A DNA stretch of 64,000 nt from positions 11,470,001 through 11,534,000 of the forward strand of contig OX638160.1 of assembly GCA_951804945.1 (NCBI GenBank). Reading direction: 5' to 3'. The notes below the pieces were generated by a model. It saw nothing but the letters and a program-made list of their open reading frames with translations, had not been told where the DNA came from and made no database searches. The position numbers were made by a program, and so were the translations under genes. The first letter of the stretch is position 1. Each line of letters opens with the position of its first letter. Shown here in pieces: positions 62,801-64,000 of this stretch. Source of the DNA: Podarcis cretensis. Its lineage: Eukaryota.

Positions 62801-63616
62801 TCAGAATATTGTGATGTTCAGCTGTTGATATATCACAACGTTGAAAACCAGATATTGCTCAGCCCTAATGTGTTTTTAGTATACCTAAAATAGGGGCTAC
62901 CCCGCATTTTGTTCTAAAAATTGCTTTGCAGAGGTAACTACCATAGACTTATCAAAATTTTCAAAAGTAGAGGGTCCGTGGCTTGGCTTTTGAAAAATAG
63001 GGGGTCCTCAGTAATTAACTAATTGGGAAAAACTGACTTGGAGTAAAAAAAACAACACCACATATTTTTACATGTCTGTTACTATCAATGCAACTTATGA
63101 AAAAAATAATCCTGAGAATCTTGAGTTAAGAGAAGTCTATCTGACACTGAGAGCAAAATATTCAAGATAATGTTATTGTTAAATAATGAATTTCATCTGC
63201 TCAAAATCATGGTGCTCTGAGTGCAGTCGTTCTCTCACTTGTGGGCACACACACCCTCTTGCTGCTATTATAATTTTAAGCAGACTTACAAATCCTCTGG
63301 GAAGAGATTTACCCAGCTTTCTACTCTAAATTGTTTTTTTCCTCATTAATAATCTTGCAGTGCTAAAAGCAAGACAAAAGAAATTATTTCCCTCAAGTAC
63401 TGCCTCTGAAATCAATTCAGCATCTGCCAATCAGGAGAAAGACCAAAAGAAGTTGTTTCCAAAGCTAGTGCTACGCTGCTAGATACCCAATTAAGAAATT
63501 CCTTACCATTTGCTGGTGGTATGTATGGCTGACACATGGTACAGTCAAAGCCACTGTCAGCCGTGCTTTCAACTTCCTCGTCTGTGTTTAAGTTTTGACA
63601 GATTGTGTGCATCCAT
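9490..63616 (-). CDS. KMT2C: KMT2C/MLL3 histone H3K4 methyltransferase, 3' portion of the gene (exons ~21-59; gene continues beyond the window end)
   Basis: Chain of GT-AG exons with consistent phases encoding PHD, HMG-like, ePHD, FYRN/FYRC, Win (GCARSEP), SET ([11 protein letters not shown]) and post-SET ([15 protein letters not shown]); tail-to-tail with GALNT11 as in the known vertebrate synteny. Confidence 0.97.
10656..10764 (-). CDS. KMT2C: KMT2C exon ~58, SET domain, 109 nt
   Basis: [36 protein letters not shown]; AG/GT flanks. Confidence 0.97.
11128..11201 (-). CDS. KMT2C: KMT2C exon ~57, SET domain, 74 nt
   Basis: [25 protein letters not shown]; AG/GT flanks. Confidence 0.97.
11489..11704. 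mobile_element. hAT MITE
   Basis: 14-bp TIR CAGGCATGTCCAAC; 8-bp TSD GTCTAAAT/CTCTAAAT; related copy at 52953. Confidence 0.85.
12099..12215 (-). CDS. KMT2C: KMT2C exon ~56, SET domain, 117 nt
   Basis: [39 protein letters not shown]; AG/GT flanks. Confidence 0.97.
13728..13896 (-). CDS. KMT2C: KMT2C exon ~55, 169 nt
   Basis: [56 protein letters not shown]. Confidence 0.96.
14172..14314 (-). CDS. KMT2C: KMT2C exon ~54, FYRC end and WDR5-interacting Win motif, 143 nt (alternative donor at 14184)
   Basis: [48 protein letters not shown]. Confidence 0.95.
14973..15109 (-). CDS. KMT2C: KMT2C exon ~53, FYRC, 137 nt
   Basis: [45 protein letters not shown]; TCG|gtaag. Confidence 0.96.
15562..16681 (-). 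CDS. KMT2C: KMT2C exon ~52, extended PHD finger and FYRN, 1120 nt
   Basis: Within ORF 15521-16735; [35 protein letters not shown]...[13 protein letters not shown]. Confidence 0.97.
17555..17662 (-). CDS. KMT2C: KMT2C exon ~51, 108 nt
   Basis: [36 protein letters not shown] (FCS motif). Confidence 0.93.
17910..18982. mobile_element. Non-autonomous Tc1/mariner-superfamily (Tc2/pogo-type) element, about 1.07 kb
   Basis: 23-bp TIR C(C/T)GTATTTTTCTGTGTATAAGAC, TA TSDs; carries a nested hAT MITE. Confidence 0.85.
18618..18755. mobile_element. Palindromic hAT MITE nested in the 17910-18982 element
   Basis: CAG..TTCTCAACCTGTGGGTCC / GGACCCACAGGTTGAGAA..CTG; 8-bp TSD TTCAACAG/TTCTACAG. Confidence 0.8.
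19614..19753 (-). CDS. KMT2C: KMT2C exon ~50, 140 nt (alternative acceptor 19744)
   Basis: [46 protein letters not shown]. Confidence 0.9.
20216..20468 (-). CDS. KMT2C: KMT2C exon ~49, 253 nt
   Basis: [30 protein letters not shown]...PPSGN; G|gtgagt. Confidence 0.94.
20835..20885. repeat. (TTA)n microsatellite, about 17 units
   Basis: Direct reading. Confidence 0.95.
21170..21306 (-). CDS. KMT2C: KMT2C exon ~48, 137 nt
   Basis: [45 protein letters not shown]; GAG|gtaag. Confidence 0.94.
21412..21590 (-). CDS. KMT2C: KMT2C exon ~47, 179 nt
   Basis: [59 protein letters not shown]. Confidence 0.94.
21630..21935 (+). mobile_element. CR1 LINE 3' fragment
   Basis: Encodes the CR1 ORF2 C-terminal motif [22 protein letters not shown]. 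Confidence 0.85.
22067..22214 (-). CDS. KMT2C: KMT2C exon ~46, 148 nt
   Basis: [49 protein letters not shown]. Confidence 0.95.
22653..22794 (-). CDS. KMT2C: KMT2C exon ~45, 142 nt (CAGCAG tandem acceptor)
   Basis: [47 protein letters not shown]. Confidence 0.95.
23095..23515. mobile_element. Degenerate palindromic MITE (same family as 58226-58591)
   Basis: Starts GGCTTGGTTCACA..CTAAG..ACCACGGCTTAGC with internal inverted repeats; similar to the 58226 copy. Confidence 0.5.
23556..23692. mobile_element. Palindromic hAT-type MITE (family of 18618)
   Basis: GGCTTCCTCAAACTCGG..CCTCCAGATGTTTTTG / CAAAAACATCTGGAGGGCCGAGTTGGAGGAAGCC. Confidence 0.75.
23693..23845 (+). mobile_element. Degenerate tRNA-derived squamate SINE fragment (Squam3-like)
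   Basis: GTGGTAGAGCATCTGCTT...CTGAGCTAGATGGACCAATGGTCTGACTCAGT resembles that SINE consensus as recalled. Confidence 0.5.
24352..24516 (-). CDS. KMT2C: KMT2C 165-nt phase 0-0 exon between ~44 and ~45 (probable cassette)
   Basis: ctacag|CAA...AAG|gtgtat; [55 protein letters not shown]. Confidence 0.9.
24617..25021 (-). mobile_element. L2 LINE 3' fragment with (AAT)n tail
   Basis: ORF 24786-25019 [14 protein letters not shown]...[15 protein letters not shown] is an L2 ORF2 C-terminus; microsatellite tail. Confidence 0.85.
25100..25323 (-). mobile_element. CR1 LINE 3' end (part 1 of a split element)
   Basis: ACAGAATCACAGAA tail followed by CR1 3' UTR and ORF2-end sequence. Confidence 0.8.
25324..25900 (-). 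mobile_element. L2 LINE 3' fragment inserted into CR1
   Basis: (AAT)n tail; ORF pieces [29 protein letters not shown]; highly similar to the 24617 copy. Confidence 0.85.
25901..26250 (-). mobile_element. CR1 LINE fragment (part 2, continues part 1)
   Basis: ORF 25913-26104 [23 protein letters not shown]1 motif. Confidence 0.8.
26969..27181 (-). CDS. KMT2C: KMT2C exon ~44, 213 nt, basic NLS-like stretch
   Basis: [14 protein letters not shown]...[16 protein letters not shown]...LKQ; CAG|gtgag. Confidence 0.9.
29334..31016 (-). CDS. KMT2C: KMT2C exon ~43, 1683 nt
   Basis: [16 protein letters not shown]...[26 protein letters not shown]...NELLKHLLK (LxxLL)...EGSM. Confidence 0.96.
32100..32470 (-). 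mobile_element. Old L2/CR1-clade RT fragment
   Basis: ORF 32181-32366 [11 protein letters not shown] matches the RT motif LLDLSAAFDT. Confidence 0.65.
32626..32858 (-). CDS. KMT2C: KMT2C exon ~42, coiled coil, 233 nt
   Basis: [57 protein letters not shown]. Confidence 0.96.
33519..33582 (-). CDS. KMT2C: KMT2C exon ~41, 64 nt
   Basis: [21 protein letters not shown]; A|gtaagt. Confidence 0.93.
34020..34098 (-). CDS. KMT2C: KMT2C exon ~40, 79 nt
   Basis: [26 protein letters not shown]; CAG|gtaac. Confidence 0.9.
34396..34760 (+). mobile_element. Sauria SINE, young full-length copy
   Basis: A/B boxes, (ACCTTT)n tail, 14-bp TSD TAATCTCCCAAGGA (34382-34395, 34761-34774). Confidence 0.95.
34868..34979 (-). 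CDS. KMT2C: KMT2C exon ~39, 112 nt
   Basis: [37 protein letters not shown]. Confidence 0.95.
35834..35861. repeat. (CA)14 microsatellite, (UG)n on the KMT2C sense strand
   Basis: Direct reading. Confidence 0.95.
36328..36491. mobile_element. Tc1/mariner MITE related to the 17910 element, 164 bp
   Basis: TA|CCGTACTTTACCATGTGTAAGAC ... TTATACACAGAAAAATACGG|TA. Confidence 0.75.
36550..38315 (-). CDS. KMT2C: KMT2C exon ~38, 1766 nt
   Basis: Within ORF 36527-38377; FGFSGG...[13 protein letters not shown]...[20 protein letters not shown]...FFPNI; acceptor preceded by a C11 tract. Confidence 0.95.
39130..39434 (-). CDS. KMT2C: KMT2C exon ~37, 305 nt
   Basis: [16 protein letters not shown]...NRPPPPYPG (PPxY)...MRPHGIR. 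Confidence 0.94.
40145..42136 (-). CDS. KMT2C: KMT2C exon ~36, Pro-rich DPY-repeat region, 1992 nt
   Basis: Within ORF 40088-42133; [24 protein letters not shown]...QADAEKIRQ; CAA|gtgagt. Confidence 0.96.
40751..41002 (-). repeat. KMT2C: Coding minisatellite, 6 x 42 bp ([14 protein letters not shown])
   Basis: 42-nt periodicity (CGAGG at 40761, 40803, ...); near-identical units. Confidence 0.97.
43103..43285 (-). CDS. KMT2C: KMT2C exon ~35, 183 nt
   Basis: [61 protein letters not shown]. Confidence 0.96.
44135..44208 (-). CDS. KMT2C: KMT2C exon ~34, HMG-like box, 74 nt
   Basis: [24 protein letters not shown]. Confidence 0.96.
44477..44691 (-). CDS. KMT2C: KMT2C exon ~33, 215 nt
   Basis: [12 protein letters not shown]...[37 protein letters not shown]. 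Confidence 0.96.
44927..45065 (-). CDS. KMT2C: KMT2C exon ~32, about 139 nt
   Basis: [46 protein letters not shown]; AG|gtgagt; acceptor is AAGGAG (+/-3 nt). Confidence 0.88.
46085..46210 (-). CDS. KMT2C: KMT2C exon ~31, 126 nt
   Basis: [41 protein letters not shown]. Confidence 0.94.
46296..46328 (-). CDS. KMT2C: KMT2C exon ~30, 33 nt
   Basis: ttcag|GT GCA ATT CTT GGC AAA CTG TAC AAG ATT CCA G|gtatg ([10 protein letters not shown]). Confidence 0.93.
46470..46607 (-). CDS. KMT2C: KMT2C exon ~29, 138 nt (or 129 nt from acceptor 46598)
   Basis: (GL)[43 protein letters not shown]. Confidence 0.92.
47480..47935 (-). mobile_element. Old L2 3' fragment
   Basis: ORF 47576-47791 [14 protein letters not shown] resembles the L2 motif RAFSVAAPxLWNxLP; weaker similar fragments near 12560-12910 and 39465-39920. 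Confidence 0.55.
49273..49320 (-). CDS. KMT2C: Candidate 48-nt in-frame cassette micro-exon of KMT2C (intron ~28)
   Basis: cttgtag|GT CTT GAT TTA TGC ACT TTC CAG GTT GAG AGC TCA TCC TCC CCT TTT G|gtaagg; phase 1-1 matches the flanking exons. Confidence 0.7.
49679..49777 (-). CDS. KMT2C: KMT2C exon ~28, 99 nt
   Basis: [32 protein letters not shown]. Confidence 0.93.
51404..51590 (-). CDS. KMT2C: KMT2C exon ~27, 187 nt
   Basis: [25 protein letters not shown]...APSKSGIQ. Confidence 0.93.
51695..51740 (+). mobile_element. Internally deleted Sauria SINE remnant
   Basis: AAACCACAGAGCCTAGGACTT (head) joined within about 5 nt to GTCCCTTTACCTTTACCTTT (tail). Confidence 0.7.
52492..52622 (-). CDS. 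KMT2C: KMT2C exon ~26, 131 nt
   Basis: [43 protein letters not shown]. Confidence 0.95.
52953..53128. mobile_element. hAT MITE (family of 11489)
   Basis: CAGGGAGGTCCAA / TTGGATATCCCTG; TSD CTGTATAC/CTATATAC. Confidence 0.8.
53164..53526 (-). mobile_element. Sauria SINE, young full-length copy
   Basis: Reverse complement of the 34396 copy; 12-bp TSD TGTATTTGTATA (53152-53163, 53528-53539). Confidence 0.95.
54932..55051 (-). CDS. KMT2C: KMT2C exon ~25, 120 nt
   Basis: [39 protein letters not shown]; weak donor A|gtgggt. Confidence 0.92.
56349..56477 (-). CDS. KMT2C: KMT2C exon ~24, 129 nt
   Basis: [42 protein letters not shown]. Confidence 0.95.
57030..57190 (+). mobile_element. Short L2 3' end with compound (AAT)n(AAG)n tail
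   Basis: GCCCAGAGTGGCTGGGGAAACCCAGCCAGATGGGCGGGG matches the 3' end of the 24617 and 25324 elements. Confidence 0.75.
57760..57972 (-). CDS. KMT2C: KMT2C exon ~23, 213 nt
   Basis: [23 protein letters not shown]...[19 protein letters not shown]...DDSR. Confidence 0.95.
58226..58591. mobile_element. Palindromic MITE
   Basis: Imperfect TIR GACTGGTTCACATGTAATGCTAA / TTAGCATGAAATGTAAACCAGAC. Confidence 0.6.
59060..59125 (-). CDS. KMT2C: KMT2C exon ~22, 66 nt
   Basis: cttcag|TG CCT...TTT G|gtaac; [21 protein letters not shown]. Confidence 0.9.
60936..61297 (-). mobile_element. Sauria SINE, young full-length copy
   Basis: Almost identical to the 53164 copy; 14-bp TSD TTCTAATACAGTAA (60922-60935, 61300-61313). 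Confidence 0.95.
62232..63035. mobile_element. Non-autonomous hAT element (about 800 bp)
   Basis: TIR CAGTGGTTCCCAATTAG / CTAATTGGGAAAAACTG; TSD ACTTAGAG/ACTTGGAG. Confidence 0.8.
63507..63616 (-). CDS. KMT2C: KMT2C exon ~21, C-terminal half of a PHD finger, 110 nt
   Basis: [36 protein letters not shown]; G|gtaag. Confidence 0.94.
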
Positions 63617-64000
63617 CTGGAAGTTAAGTTAAAAAGGAGAAAATGAAACGTATACCATTTTATGCCAAAACACCATTCAGACTCTCTTTAGATTGAAAGA
63701 AGCACAGAACACGTCTACCGCTTTAAAAGTTTTCCTGTAAAGAGGTAATGATATGAAGACCCCAGAGGAAGTCTGCTTTAGTCCCAGAAGATAGTTGTTA
63801 AAACTGTCAGATAAGACAGGGGTACTGGGTAGATGGTTTGTCCACCCAGGGGAGGAGTTCACTCTGTGCTAGATGGGATTATACTCTCCCCAAGCAACAG
63901 GCTGTACTTTGGGAGTGCTCTTTGCAATACAGAAGCAAACTGCACCTCTAAATGTTGCATCAGAGGCCTGGCTTAAATGTCATATTACATCATAGTTAAA

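Overview
Vertebrate (squamate, most likely lacertid lizard, judged from Sauria-type SINEs with (ACCTTT)n tails) genomic window holding two convergent genes. On + are the last four coding exons of GALNT11 (end of the catalytic region plus the ricin-B lectin domain; stop at 5877-5879). On - are the 3' coding exons of the H3K4 methyltransferase KMT2C/MLL3, from the last N-terminal PHD finger through the HMG-like box, ePHD, FYRN/FYRC, Win, SET and post-SET (stop at 9490-9492). I traced 40 GT-AG KMT2C exons with consistent phases; exon numbers follow the human 59-exon model as I recall it. Introns carry young Sauria SINEs with target-site duplications (TSDs), L2 and CR1 fragments, and hAT and Tc1/mariner MITEs. 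A 140-N gap lies in the KMT2C 3' UTR. The most notable non-obvious signals are: (i) candidate regulated or poison micro-exons in KMT2C introns 25-28, plus tandem splice sites, one pair beside the Win motif; (ii) a homogenised 6x42-bp coding VNTR ([14 protein letters not shown]) in exon 36; (iii) a tandem pair of pre-miRNA-shaped hairpins whose core is flipped in the second copy; (iv) a cluster of radical substitutions in a normally conserved acidic LxxLL segment of exon 38. Gene identities rest on recognition of the translated sequence; no database search was run.
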